Origin: an uncultured Clostridia bacterium
GTDB taxonomy: Bacteria; Acidobacteriota; Aminicenantia; UBA2199
Direction of reading: 5' to 3'
Length of the DNA stretch: 64,000 bases
NCBI GenBank assembly: GCA_964422395.1
Contig: CAYRAO010000007.1
Location: 11,491-75,490, forward strand
Shown here one piece after another: positions 10,569 through 20,170 of this stretch. Within the stretch, counting starts at the first letter, position 1. Each line of letters begins with the position of its first letter. The notes under the pieces are model-generated. The model was not told where the DNA came from, did not search any database, and saw only the letters and a program-made list of their open reading frames with translations. Position numbers and translations under genes: made by a program.

Positions 10569-11048
10569 CTATTTGTTAAATTCATTTTTTATTATTTCAT
10601 GAATTTTGATTATGTCGTAAGAGACAACTTTTGTTCCTGCAAGAACTCCCATAAAGTTTGAATCTCCGTTCCATCTCGGCACAATATGAAGATGAATATG
10701 ACCCCTTACTCCGGCTCCGGCAGAACCGCCGATATTCATCCCCACATTAAAACCGTCAGGATTAAAATTTCTTTTTAGAATTCCCACCGCTTTATTCATT
10801 AATCCCCACATCTCTTTAGATATCTCGATTGAAAGCTTCTCGGGTGAATCCATATGAGCATACGGTACGACCATAAGGTGTCCAGAATTATAGGGATATT
10901 TATTTAGTATTACAAATACTTCTTTCCCAAGATAGCAAATCAGTGATTCGGGAGTAACCTTTTTTGAAACCTTACAGAATACACATCCCCGTTTTTTGTC
11001 GGCACTTGAAATAAAATCCCATCTCCAAGGTGCTAACAGGAATTTCAT
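10569..11048 (-). CDS. HIT-family hydrolase (Ap4A hydrolase/HINT-like)
   Basis: 159 aa with the histidine-triad motif GHIHLHIVPRW. Confidence 0.85.
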   Translation of the reverse strand: MKFLLAPWRWDFISSADKKRGCVFCKVSKKVTPESLICYLGKEVFVILNKYPYNSGHLMVVPYAHMDSPEKLSIEISKEMWGLMNKAVGILKRNFNPDGFNVGMNIGGSAGAGVRGHIHLHIVPRWNGDSNFMGVLAGTKVVSYDIIKIHEIIKNEFNK

Positions 11049-12757
11049 TTTTTGTTGTCTAAAGCACTTTCAAAAAGATCTCCGACCGTCGTTACCGATT
11101 CTTTATCAGATGTTCCGTATTTTTCAATATCTTCTTTCTCTTTCTTCTTCTTTAGCTCTTTAAAACTCAAATATATCCTCTTTCTCTTTCTATCTGTAGA
11201 TTGAACGGCAACTTCATACTCTTCCCCTGATTTGAATTTCTCCTGAACTTCTTCAAAAGTCACCTTCTTATCATCTATCTCGCTCAGACGGATAAACCCT
11301 TCGACAAACTCACTTATTTCACATCTGATTCCACTTTCCAAGACGGATTTTATCTTAATTTTTACCTTATCTCCTATCTTATGAGTAGCGAAAAATTCGT
11401 CCCAATCATTTTCGTGAATCTGCTTATAACCAAGCTGAACTTTGTAATTCCGATCAAGATCATTGCTGATGATCATTACCTTTATCGTCTCTTTCTCTTT
11501 TAAAAATTCTTCAGCCGATTCAATCCTGAAATAACAGATATCCGATATTTTAATAACTCCCTCAATACCTTTCTCAAGCTCCACAAAAACTCTTGATTTT
11601 ATTATCTTTTTTATCTTTCCTTCTACTATTTCACCTTTGCCGTGATCTTCAATATATTTCAATTCGGGTCTCATTCCCAACTGTTTGAGACCAAGTTTGA
11701 TCCTCCTTTCTTCAGGATGAAGTTCAATTACCTGTACCCACATTACTTCACCTACGCCCACATATTCTTCAACCGATTTCGGTTTCCCCTCCCATGTCAG
11801 GTCAGAAATATGTAATAGCCCTTCAACACCTTCTTCCAATTCAATAAACGCACCGAAATCCACGGTTTTCAGTACTTTTGCTTCCAACCGGTGTCCTACC
11901 GGATATTTTTCATGAATGTTTATCCACGGGTCCTGATGTTTTTGTTTGAGACCGAGAGAAATTCTATTTCTCTCTTTGTCTATACCAAGTACCTTTACCT
12001 CAAGCTCATCACCTTTTCTCAATTTTTCTTTCGGATGGTTAATTCGGCTGTATGAAATATTATTTTTGTGGAGAAGCCCATCCATAGGTCCAATATTGAC
12101 AAAGGCACCATAATCTTCAATTCTGGAGACCGTACCCTTAACCAAATCACCCTCCTTAAGGGTAGAAAAGAGTTTCTCTATCTCCTCTGATTTTTCTTCT
12201 TCAAGAAGAATCCTTCTTGACAATACACCTGATTTCTCTTTGGAATTGAGCTTAACAACCTTGAATTCCAGTTCTTTTCCCACCAAACTGTTCGGGTTCT
12301 TTATTTTTTTCACATCCGCCTGACTCATAGGAAGAAACATTTCCAAACCGGCATGAACTCTAAATCCTTTACCATCGGCGGAAAGGCTTAAAACACGCCC
12401 GGATATAGTTGAATTATTATCAAAAGCTTCGGATATCTTTTTCCACCCTTCGGCTTTATCAACATTCTTTTTTGAAACTATAAGATACCCTTGTTTCATA
12501 TTCACATTTTGGCACACTACAGTTACGGAATCACCTATTTTATAATTAAAATTTCCTTCCCAGTCAAGTAACTCTTCTCTGTTTAAAATACCTTCTGTCT
12601 TTTGCCCGATATCAACAATTATATTATTATCAAGAATGTCAATTATTATTCCTTCAACATGACTGCTTTGTTTGATTGATTTTAGACTGTATTCCTCCAT
12701 CAGTTGAGAAAAATCTTCGTTATTCCTGTTGTCGCTTTTGTCTTTAATCTCTTCCAT
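11045..12757 (-). CDS. rpsA: 30S ribosomal protein S1
   Basis: 570 aa with six repeated S1/OB domains (GxV..I..fGaFV pattern repeated). Position immediately downstream of ispH is conserved. Confidence 0.92.
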   Translation of the reverse strand: MEEIKDKSDNRNNEDFSQLMEEYSLKSIKQSSHVEGIIIDILDNNIIVDIGQKTEGILNREELLDWEGNFNYKIGDSVTVVCQNVNMKQGYLIVSKKNVDKAEGWKKISEAFDNNSTISGRVLSLSADGKGFRVHAGLEMFLPMSQADVKKIKNPNSLVGKELEFKVVKLNSKEKSGVLSRRILLEEEKSEEIEKLFSTLKEGDLVKGTVSRIEDYGAFVNIGPMDGLLHKNNISYSRINHPKEKLRKGDELEVKVLGIDKERNRISLGLKQKHQDPWINIHEKYPVGHRLEAKVLKTVDFGAFIELEEGVEGLLHISDLTWEGKPKSVEEYVGVGEVMWVQVIELHPEERRIKLGLKQLGMRPELKYIEDHGKGEIVEGKIKKIIKSRVFVELEKGIEGVIKISDICYFRIESAEEFLKEKETIKVMIISNDLDRNYKVQLGYKQIHENDWDEFFATHKIGDKVKIKIKSVLESGIRCEISEFVEGFIRLSEIDDKKVTFEEVQEKFKSGEEYEVAVQSTDRKRKRIYLSFKELKKKKEKEDIEKYGTSDKESVTTVGDLFESALDNKK

Positions 12758-12758
12758 T

Positions 12759-13619
12759 TTAACTCTCCTTTTCTATTTTAAAATTTCTGAAGAAAACTTT
12801 CACATTCTCGATCTCTTCCGGAGGTGTGGATGCACCCGCAGTAATACCGACAGAATTAAAGTGTTTGAATTTCTTTTGGAAATCAACATTTTTCAATTCA
12901 TGACTTTTTTCTATATGAAATGTGTTTTCATTTATTTTTTTCGATATATCGTATAACTTTTTCGTGTTTGAGGAATTCATCCCCCCGATAACAATAATAA
13001 AATCTGCTTTTGGAGCAAGTTTTCTCACCGCATTTTGCCTTTCTATCGTTGCACTACAGATTGTATTAAAAATCTCCAAATGCTCTACCCTGTCAATTAT
13101 TTCAGATATCATCTCTTTAAAAAAAACCGAATCAAGAGTTGTCTGTGCGACAACGGATACAGATTCATCACGCTTTAAGATATCTAATTCTTTTATGGAA
13201 TTAACAACCACTCCGTTTTTTGCATAACTCATTATCGCTCTGATTTCAGGATGATCCCTATTCCCGATAATAAGAATCCTATTCCCCGAATTGTTTATTT
13301 TTTCTATAATGAAATGAATTTTTTTTACAAGTGTGCATGTTGCATCAATATAATGGACATTTCTTCCCTTCAGCAAATCTTCATCACTTTTAAGAATTCC
13401 ATGAGTGCGGATAATCAACTTCTTCTTTTTATCAAGTTCTTTCAGATTATTTATATAATTTACACCTTTTCTTTTCAGATCATTTAAAACGGTATCATTA
13501 TGAATCAACTGTCCATAAATCTCGATGTTTTCACCATCTTCATGAAGTCGGTCAATTATTTTCAAGGCCCTTTTTACTCCAAAACAAAATCCAGCTTCTT
13601 CAGCCGTATAGATTTTCAT
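12759..13619 (-). CDS. ispH: 4-hydroxy-3-methylbut-2-enyl diphosphate reductase
   Basis: 286 aa. MKIYTAEEAGFCFGVKRAL N-terminus, with conserved Cys residues in each of the three repeats. Confidence 0.93.
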   Translation of the reverse strand: MKIYTAEEAGFCFGVKRALKIIDRLHEDGENIEIYGQLIHNDTVLNDLKRKGVNYINNLKELDKKKKLIIRTHGILKSDEDLLKGRNVHYIDATCTLVKKIHFIIEKINNSGNRILIIGNRDHPEIRAIMSYAKNGVVVNSIKELDILKRDESVSVVAQTTLDSVFFKEMISEIIDRVEHLEIFNTICSATIERQNAVRKLAPKADFIIVIGGMNSSNTKKLYDISKKINENTFHIEKSHELKNVDFQKKFKHFNSVGITAGASTPPEEIENVKVFFRNFKIEKES

Positions 13620-13738
13620 AGATTATTAAGCGATATAATAAACTATGTTGTTGTTTTTGTCAATTTTATGTGGTACCAAACCAATAATTCAGTAACCCCT
13701 TTAAGGAATGAATTACAAGTGTTTCTTTTCTCTATTAA

Positions 13739-14833
13739 TTACCAATCTTTCTTATGTGATTTACAAAAGGTTACCTTTTCTACACAAACTAATCCCCATA
13801 TACCTCTGTCAATAAAGAAATCTCCGAGAGGTCCCAAAGTTAACCCCCTTTTTTCGGAAATATTATTTTTAGCAGTTATTAGAATTATTTTCTCTCCGTT
13901 TGAGGTTTGAAAAATCTCAATCCAACTGAATAACGCCCTGTATCCGTCACAACCGACAAACATGAAGAAATCATCCGGTTTTCCATTACCAAAATTTTCC
14001 AGAAGCCAAGAGCGGAGATCATAACCTGTTACTTTATCCAATTTTTCCGATTTAATACCTCTTCCGTGTCCGATCCTGAACCAATTTGAAACAGTCTTCA
14101 TACGTACATTATTTTCTGAACTTTTTGTTTTTTTTCCGTTTTTAATGCAAAAAAGATTCTCACTCACACATTTTCTCCCGACGGATAATTTAGGGAGAAG
14201 ATGATCACTTGTTTTAATTACGGAAAATTTTATTGCAACCACATTGTTAAGATAACGATTATCGTATAAATCCCCCGGACAGATCAATCGGAATTTTTTT
14301 AGATATCCCGCAAGACTGTTTTTTTGATACAACTCGGATCCTTTAGAGGGGAGCAATTGAGAACGGTAAAATGCAAGAGTTACGGGATTATTATCATTAC
14401 ACATGGTGAGCTCACCATAACTAAAATTTGAAGTTTTTCCAGATTCGGAAATAAATGTCACTATAATATCCAGGGGACGATCAAAGATATCGTTTTTATT
14501 TTTCAGGGGAGCAATTCCGTCCAAAAGGAAGTAAAGCGGGATCCCATAATAAATATACACGCCGGATATCTTCCCGTCGGAACCGACTTCTCTTGCCCTT
14601 ATCCTTACGGTAGACATATTTGATAAATATTCGGCATTCAGATTATACTTTTTTTCAACCTTTCCAAATATTTTTATTGATAATTCGGAAGGAATGGATT
14701 TTTTCTTTGCGACACAAGTCGCTGAAGAGAGAGCATCAGTCCGATCATTTTTTGAAACAGAATGGAGAGGTGTTAAAAAATTAATATATGGTATTAAAAT
14801 GGAAAAAATGGCAATAGACGATAATCGCTTCAT
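13739..14833 (-). CDS. Hypothetical secreted protein
   Basis: Start reassigned to MKRLSSIAIFSILIP (ATG at 14833) because an AAGGAGG RBS sits 6 nt upstream. Has a signal-peptide-like N-terminus. No recognised domain. Confidence 0.55.
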   Translation of the reverse strand: MKRLSSIAIFSILIPYINFLTPLHSVSKNDRTDALSSATCVAKKKSIPSELSIKIFGKVEKKYNLNAEYLSNMSTVRIRAREVGSDGKISGVYIYYGIPLYFLLDGIAPLKNKNDIFDRPLDIIVTFISESGKTSNFSYGELTMCNDNNPVTLAFYRSQLLPSKGSELYQKNSLAGYLKKFRLICPGDLYDNRYLNNVVAIKFSVIKTSDHLLPKLSVGRKCVSENLFCIKNGKKTKSSENNVRMKTVSNWFRIGHGRGIKSEKLDKVTGYDLRSWLLENFGNGKPDDFFMFVGCDGYRALFSWIEIFQTSNGEKIILITAKNNISEKRGLTLGPLGDFFIDRGIWGLVCVEKVTFCKSHKKDW

Positions 14834-14995
14834 ACAGCCTCCTTTGCAAACAAACTTTGTTTTAACGGCAGGCAAAGGAGTTTCCCCCCAAACCCTATCG
14901 GTCAGCATCCGTAACATTTACGCCTTAGGACCACTAACTCGGAGGTTAAAAACTCTTTATACTACACTTCTCATTACAAATCAAAACTTTTTTTA

Positions 14996-15027
14996 TTGTA
15001 AATATACATTATTTTTTCTGTTATAAT
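14996..15027 (+). promoter_or_regulatory. Candidate promoter with extended -10 (TGTTATAAT) upstream of pbpC
   Basis: TGnTATAAT at 15019-15027 about 30 nt before the ATG. TTGTAA upstream has a suboptimal 20-nt spacing. Confidence 0.2.
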
Positions 15028-15056
15028 CTGCATAAAGAATCGGAGAAGAATTCCTG

Positions 15057-17411
15057 ATGAATTTTAATAGGTTCCAATTGAAAAAATTTATAAAAAAATA
15101 TAAAAATATTATTGTTGTAATCATTTCTTTGGTTATCTTTTATCTTATTATACCTCTTCCCGACAACATCTTTAATTCCGATTACAGTACGATTATCACT
15201 GACAAAAACGGAGAAATACTAAGAGCATTTGTAAATACCGAGGAGCAGTGGCGTTTCCCTCCGAATTACGGTAAATATTTTTCCAATAAACTACATATTG
15301 CTGTGATTAATTTTGAGGATAGATATTTCCATTATCATCCGGGGGTCAATCCGATTTCCATCGGAAGAGCATTACTCGGCAATATTATTTCAGGAAAAAT
15401 AAAAAGTGGAGCAAGTACTATTTCCATGCAAATTATCAGACTTGCTTTTAAGAAAAAAAGGACTCTCTTAAATAAACTGATCGAGATGTTTCAGGCTTTA
15501 AAACTTGAAATAAAATATTCAAAAAAGGAAATATTGAGGATGTATCTAAAGAACGCTCCCTACGGAGGAAATATTATTGGAGTCGATGCAGCTTCATTAA
15601 GATATTTTGGGAAACTTCCCAAGATCCTGACATGGAACGAAGCTGCTATTCTCGCTGTCCTTCCAAACTCTCCCGGACTAATTTCTCCATTGCAGAACAG
15701 AGAGAAACTTATTAAGAAAAAGAACCGTTTACTTAAGAAACTTTTTGAAAGAAGAATTATTGATCATGATATTTATAATCATAGCATTTCAGAAAGTGTG
15801 CCTTCGGAAATCATCCCTTTTCCGGTAATTGCTCCCCATTTCTCCGAATACTTAAAAAAATTATACAGAGGAAGGAGAAATCTCATAAAATCATCAATTA
15901 ACAAGGAGTTACAGATAAGGAGTGAAAATCTTATTAAAGAACATCTTAAGATTTTAGAAACATCCGGTATAAATAACGGAGCGGTAATTGTAGCTGAAAC
16001 AAAGAGTGGAAAAGTGCGGTCTTATTGCGGTTCTCAGGATTTTTTTAATTATGAGAATAGTGGTCAGGTTGACGGAGTTATAGCACCGAGATCATCCGGG
16101 TCGATTTTAAAACCTTTTCTTTATGCTCTTGCGATTGATGAAGGCTATATCCTTGAGAAAACGGTTATAAAAGATATTCCGTCCTATTTCGGATCATTCT
16201 CCCCATCCAATGCTTCAAAAACATTCTGTGGTGTCGTAACGGCAAAAGAAGCACTGATAAAATCATTAAATGTTCCTGCAGTAAGATTATTGAACTATTA
16301 CGGACTTCACAAATTCTATATTTTTCTAAAAAAATGTGGATTGACCACACTGATAAGACCTCCTGATGAATACGGACTCACTATTATTTTAGGAGGAGCG
16401 GAAACAAAATTGATCGAACTTGTGCAATTGTACAGAGGATTGGGAAATTACGGGAAATTTTCCTCCTTAGTATTTAATGAAGAGACCGTTAAAGCCGGAA
16501 AAAAGAAAGAATTAATAAGTCCCGAAGCTTCTTATTTAACTTTGGATATGCTAAAAGAATTAAAAAGACCCGGAGCGGAATACTACTGGGAACAGTATAG
16601 GAGCAAAACACCGATCGGATGGAAGACGGGAACAAGCTACGGAAAAAGGGACGCATGGGCAGTAGGAGTCAGCCCTGAGTGGACAATAGGTGTTTGGATC
16701 GGTAACTTTAGCGGGGAGGGGAATCGGGAATTAGCCGGATATTCGTGTGCCGCTCCTCTTATGTTTGATGTTTTTAACTATCTTCCCAAAAATTCTTCAT
16801 ACAGGTGGTTTAAAAAACAGAATTTAAAATTCAAAAAAGTGGAATTGTGCGTCAAAACAGGTTTTCTTGCAAACGAGAACTGTAATGAAACGGTAAAAGT
16901 AAACGCACCCTCCGGACAAGGAACCGTTAAGCTCTGCCCCTATCACTCATCTGTATATGTATCGTTGGACGAAAAGGAAAGTGTATGTTCGTTGTGCTGG
17001 GAAGAAGGGAGATACAAAAGGATAAAAAAACTGATTTTCCCTCCCGATGTTGCTCAATTTCTCAGGGAAAAAGGGGATATTGTAGATTCTATCCCTCCTC
17101 ATAATAAAAAATGTACGTCGGTAACCGAATCCAACCCGCTTCAGATTCTCTATCCGGTTCAAAATGCCAAAATTCTAATTCCGGTCGATTTTAATGGAAA
17201 AATCCAGAATCTTACGATCAAGATAGCTCATAGATTTAAAAATAGGAAAGTTTTCTGGTATATTGACGGAATTTACAAAGGAGTAACAAAAAACAGACAT
17301 AAAATGGTAATCAATATGTTGTCCGGGTGGCATGAACTTGAAGTAATTGATCAAAATGCAAACTCTGCCAAAAGAAATTTTTTTGTATCGTTTACCAAAA
17401 GTTCCCGTTAG
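15057..17411 (+). CDS. pbpC: Penicillin-binding protein 1C (bifunctional transglycosylase/transpeptidase)
   Basis: 784 aa. GT51 motifs EDRYFHYHPGVNPISIGRA and SGASTISMQIIR. The transpeptidase region has SILKPF. A long C-terminal PBP1C-specific domain is present. Confidence 0.9.
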   Translation: MNFNRFQLKKFIKKYKNIIVVIISLVIFYLIIPLPDNIFNSDYSTIITDKNGEILRAFVNTEEQWRFPPNYGKYFSNKLHIAVINFEDRYFHYHPGVNPISIGRALLGNIISGKIKSGASTISMQIIRLAFKKKRTLLNKLIEMFQALKLEIKYSKKEILRMYLKNAPYGGNIIGVDAASLRYFGKLPKILTWNEAAILAVLPNSPGLISPLQNREKLIKKKNRLLKKLFERRIIDHDIYNHSISESVPSEIIPFPVIAPHFSEYLKKLYRGRRNLIKSSINKELQIRSENLIKEHLKILETSGINNGAVIVAETKSGKVRSYCGSQDFFNYENSGQVDGVIAPRSSGSILKPFLYALAIDEGYILEKTVIKDIPSYFGSFSPSNASKTFCGVVTAKEALIKSLNVPAVRLLNYYGLHKFYIFLKKCGLTTLIRPPDEYGLTIILGGAETKLIELVQLYRGLGNYGKFSSLVFNEETVKAGKKKELISPEASYLTLDMLKELKRPGAEYYWEQYRSKTPIGWKTGTSYGKRDAWAVGVSPEWTIGVWIGNFSGEGNRELAGYSCAAPLMFDVFNYLPKNSSYRWFKKQNLKFKKVELCVKTGFLANENCNETVKVNAPSGQGTVKLCPYHSSVYVSLDEKESVCSLCWEEGRYKRIKKLIFPPDVAQFLREKGDIVDSIPPHNKKCTSVTESNPLQILYPVQNAKILIPVDFNGKIQNLTIKIAHRFKNRKVFWYIDGIYKGVTKNRHKMVINMLSGWHELEVIDQNANSAKRNFFVSFTKSSR

Positions 17412-18258
17412 ATTTTTTTGTTGAGAGTTCATTATATGTAATAGCGGAGATAAGAATTAAACACCCTATAAGTATTCTGATAAGGTTACCGTCCTCTCCA
17501 AAAATCGTCATTGAAATAATAATTGCAAATGGGATTTTCAGATTATTGAAAACCGATATTGTACCTATTTTAGATTTCCTAACACCGTAATTCCAAAGAA
17601 AAAAAGCTATCCCCGAAGGAATTGTTCCAAGGTAGAGTAAAGTATATATCTCTTTTGAAGTAAATAATACTGTTTTTATATCAACGGTAAAAAGAACCGC
17701 AACAAAAGTTACAATAAATGCACCGAAATATAGATAAGCAAATATATTTCTATCCTTTAAGTCTTCTCTTTCCCTCATCAAATCCCTATATTTTACCTGT
17801 CCCCATGCAAAAAAAATATTTGAAAGTTGAATCAGTATGAAGCCAACAAGAAAAGATGAAGAAGTTATATCTCCGTAAGTAATAATCGCAGCTCCTATAA
17901 TTGCAAGAAGTGCTATAAACAGATGTTTTTTTATAAGTCTTTTTCTAATGGTATCGTGTATAAACAAAACATAGAATGGGGTAAAAATAGTAAAAAGTGC
18001 TACCTCATAACTTTTTAAAAAACCGTATGAATAAATATAGGCAATATACATGAATCCGTACTGAACAACTCCTATTAGAATAAACCTGAGCTTAATCTTT
18101 AAGTCAATATTTTTGATCCCGATAAACGGTATAAAAATAAAAAATGAGAGACCCATTCTGATAAATGATATTAAATTGGGATGTAGAGCGGAAAGATTTC
18201 CTTTTATCAGTCCAAATGAAAAAGACCAAATAATAGATGCAAAAATAAGATATGGCAT
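17392..18258 (-). CDS. DMT-superfamily (EamA-like) transporter
   Basis: 288 aa with about 10 TM helices in a duplicated EamA-like arrangement. Confidence 0.7.
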   Translation of the reverse strand: MPYLIFASIIWSFSFGLIKGNLSALHPNLISFIRMGLSFFIFIPFIGIKNIDLKIKLRFILIGVVQYGFMYIAYIYSYGFLKSYEVALFTIFTPFYVLFIHDTIRKRLIKKHLFIALLAIIGAAIITYGDITSSSFLVGFILIQLSNIFFAWGQVKYRDLMREREDLKDRNIFAYLYFGAFIVTFVAVLFTVDIKTVLFTSKEIYTLLYLGTIPSGIAFFLWNYGVRKSKIGTISVFNNLKIPFAIIISMTIFGEDGNLIRILIGCLILISAITYNELSTKKSNGNFW

Positions 18259-18327
18259 TATCGCTCAAATAAGAATTTTGTTTTTAGGGCATCCACAAAC
18301 AAATTATAAAAGTTAAGATTATTTGTG

Positions 18328-20169
18328 TCAATCAGACAATTTATTGTCACTATTTAACTTTTCTGCCAATTCCGAAGGGAGTTTTATTAGAGAATTTAGA
18401 TAAGATGAACTCTTTTTTCTCCAATATGACGTTTCATTGATAATTTTTTTTATCTTAATTAAAAAAACCTCTTTTTGTCCAAAGTAATGGAAATGTTTTT
18501 GGAGAAAGTACAATGCATTAATATACTTCGGTTCCAGTTTAATTGCTTCCAACGCTTTCTCTTTTGCTTGGGAATCCTTTTGAAATCTTATCAGCAATTC
18601 AGCCTTTTCCATCTTGATGAACGGATTGAACGGGTCAATATTCTCCAATTTATCCAACGGAGAGATAACCTCCTCAAGAAGTTTCGGATATTGAATACCT
18701 TTTTCCAAAAGGGATCGGAAAATATCGGATTCGAGAAAATAGGCTTCTTTATAATAAGGATTGATTTTTTCTGTTTTTTTTACGTTGTCTAAGGCAAAAT
18801 AGAAAAATTTCAGATCGGATGTTTTCTTAAATTGCCCAAGCAATATTGTTGCTTTCAAATAATACGGAGCGATATTCATATTATCAAATTTTTCCGCTCT
18901 GTTTAGAGAATTGAAAACTTTCACAACATCTTTCTCTTTTAAAGCTTTATTTACCAACAGATCTGAATAAAAAGGGAAGAAATATCCGACAGAAATTGTT
19001 ACGATCAGCATTGCTATCATTATGAATCGTATAAAACCGGAGTTACCGTAGAAATGTATTTTACCCTTAAAAAGGGTTTTTAGAACAAATATGAATAAAA
19101 AGAAAAAAAACGTTTGGAAAACAATAGTAAAAAAGAGAGATTGGAAAAGGAGATACAAAATAAGTATTTTGGAAAGATTAAAAATTGAGCCTTTAAATAC
19201 CCTTTTAAAAATAAAGAATAGAGAGAACAGGATAATAATAACCCCTAACATACCGAATTCCGAAATCAGTTGAACATAATCACTGTGAGGACTTTTAGGA
19301 ATCTTAAAATAATTTGCAGGTCCTTTTTTTTGTTTAAAATTATATTTCCTTGATAATTCTCTGAAATTATCCGCACCTACACCGGTCAACACATTATCCG
19401 AAAACATCTCATATCCGATTTTCCATATTTTAATCCTATCGGCGGAATACGGATCTTTATGTATTGAAAAATCAAACATATTTTTTATCGGATTCGGAAT
19501 AATAAATGTTAGTACAATTAGGAAAAGAACTATTGGGATTGCTCTTTTTTTTTTGCTAAGGACAAGTATTAATGAAAATATTGCGACACCGAGAAATGCA
19601 GCCTTTGACTCGGCCGAATATAGCAAAGCGGAATTAATAACGACAAGCGATAAATAATAATAATTTGTTTTTTTCAAAAAATTATAAAGAGAGATCAACA
19701 CTCCGACACCGGCAATAATTCCTACCCAGATAGTAGTGGAAAAGAAAAAGTCTTTAATCCCCGTAAGAAAGAGTATAATAAGAGAAACTATGGAAAATAT
19801 AGAAATTACTAATCCTATTATCCTAAAATACCTCTCCTCCTCACACTCTTCCGTAAGATAAAAGATAAAATAGAAAGAGATAAGAAATATGTCAAAAAAA
19901 AACAAAAATGATCTTACAAAATAAACTGAAAAAAAAATTGATATCAGAAGTATGGAATTTATTAACAATAATCCCTTTGAAAAATTTGAGACTCCTATGT
20001 TTTTTGTAATAATTATTCTACGAATTAGAAAAACGGTGATTAAAACGGCAAAAATTAAAAAATAGTAAAATGAAGATTTTTCCGGAAAAAAAACAAGAAA
20101 TATCAATATGGAAATAATTTCAACATCTTCATTCATGGATCTTAATTTAAAAAGAATATTCGAAAACAT
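18328..20169 (-). CDS. O-antigen ligase family (Wzy_C) membrane protein with C-terminal TPR region; candidate pilin O-oligosaccharyltransferase
   Basis: Polytopic N-terminal domain with the Wzy_C-like loop YSADRIKIWKIGYEMFSDNVLTGVGADNF, then a soluble TPR-like C-terminus. Start chosen at MFSNIL (20169), which abuts the upstream stop as TAGtATG. Confidence 0.7.
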   Translation of the reverse strand: MFSNILFKLRSMNEDVEIISILIFLVFFPEKSSFYYFLIFAVLITVFLIRRIIITKNIGVSNFSKGLLLINSILLISIFFSVYFVRSFLFFFDIFLISFYFIFYLTEECEEERYFRIIGLVISIFSIVSLIILFLTGIKDFFFSTTIWVGIIAGVGVLISLYNFLKKTNYYYLSLVVINSALLYSAESKAAFLGVAIFSLILVLSKKKRAIPIVLFLIVLTFIIPNPIKNMFDFSIHKDPYSADRIKIWKIGYEMFSDNVLTGVGADNFRELSRKYNFKQKKGPANYFKIPKSPHSDYVQLISEFGMLGVIIILFSLFFIFKRVFKGSIFNLSKILILYLLFQSLFFTIVFQTFFFFLFIFVLKTLFKGKIHFYGNSGFIRFIMIAMLIVTISVGYFFPFYSDLLVNKALKEKDVVKVFNSLNRAEKFDNMNIAPYYLKATILLGQFKKTSDLKFFYFALDNVKKTEKINPYYKEAYFLESDIFRSLLEKGIQYPKLLEEVISPLDKLENIDPFNPFIKMEKAELLIRFQKDSQAKEKALEAIKLEPKYINALYFLQKHFHYFGQKEVFLIKIKKIINETSYWRKKSSSYLNSLIKLPSELAEKLNSDNKLSD

Positions 20170-20170
20170 A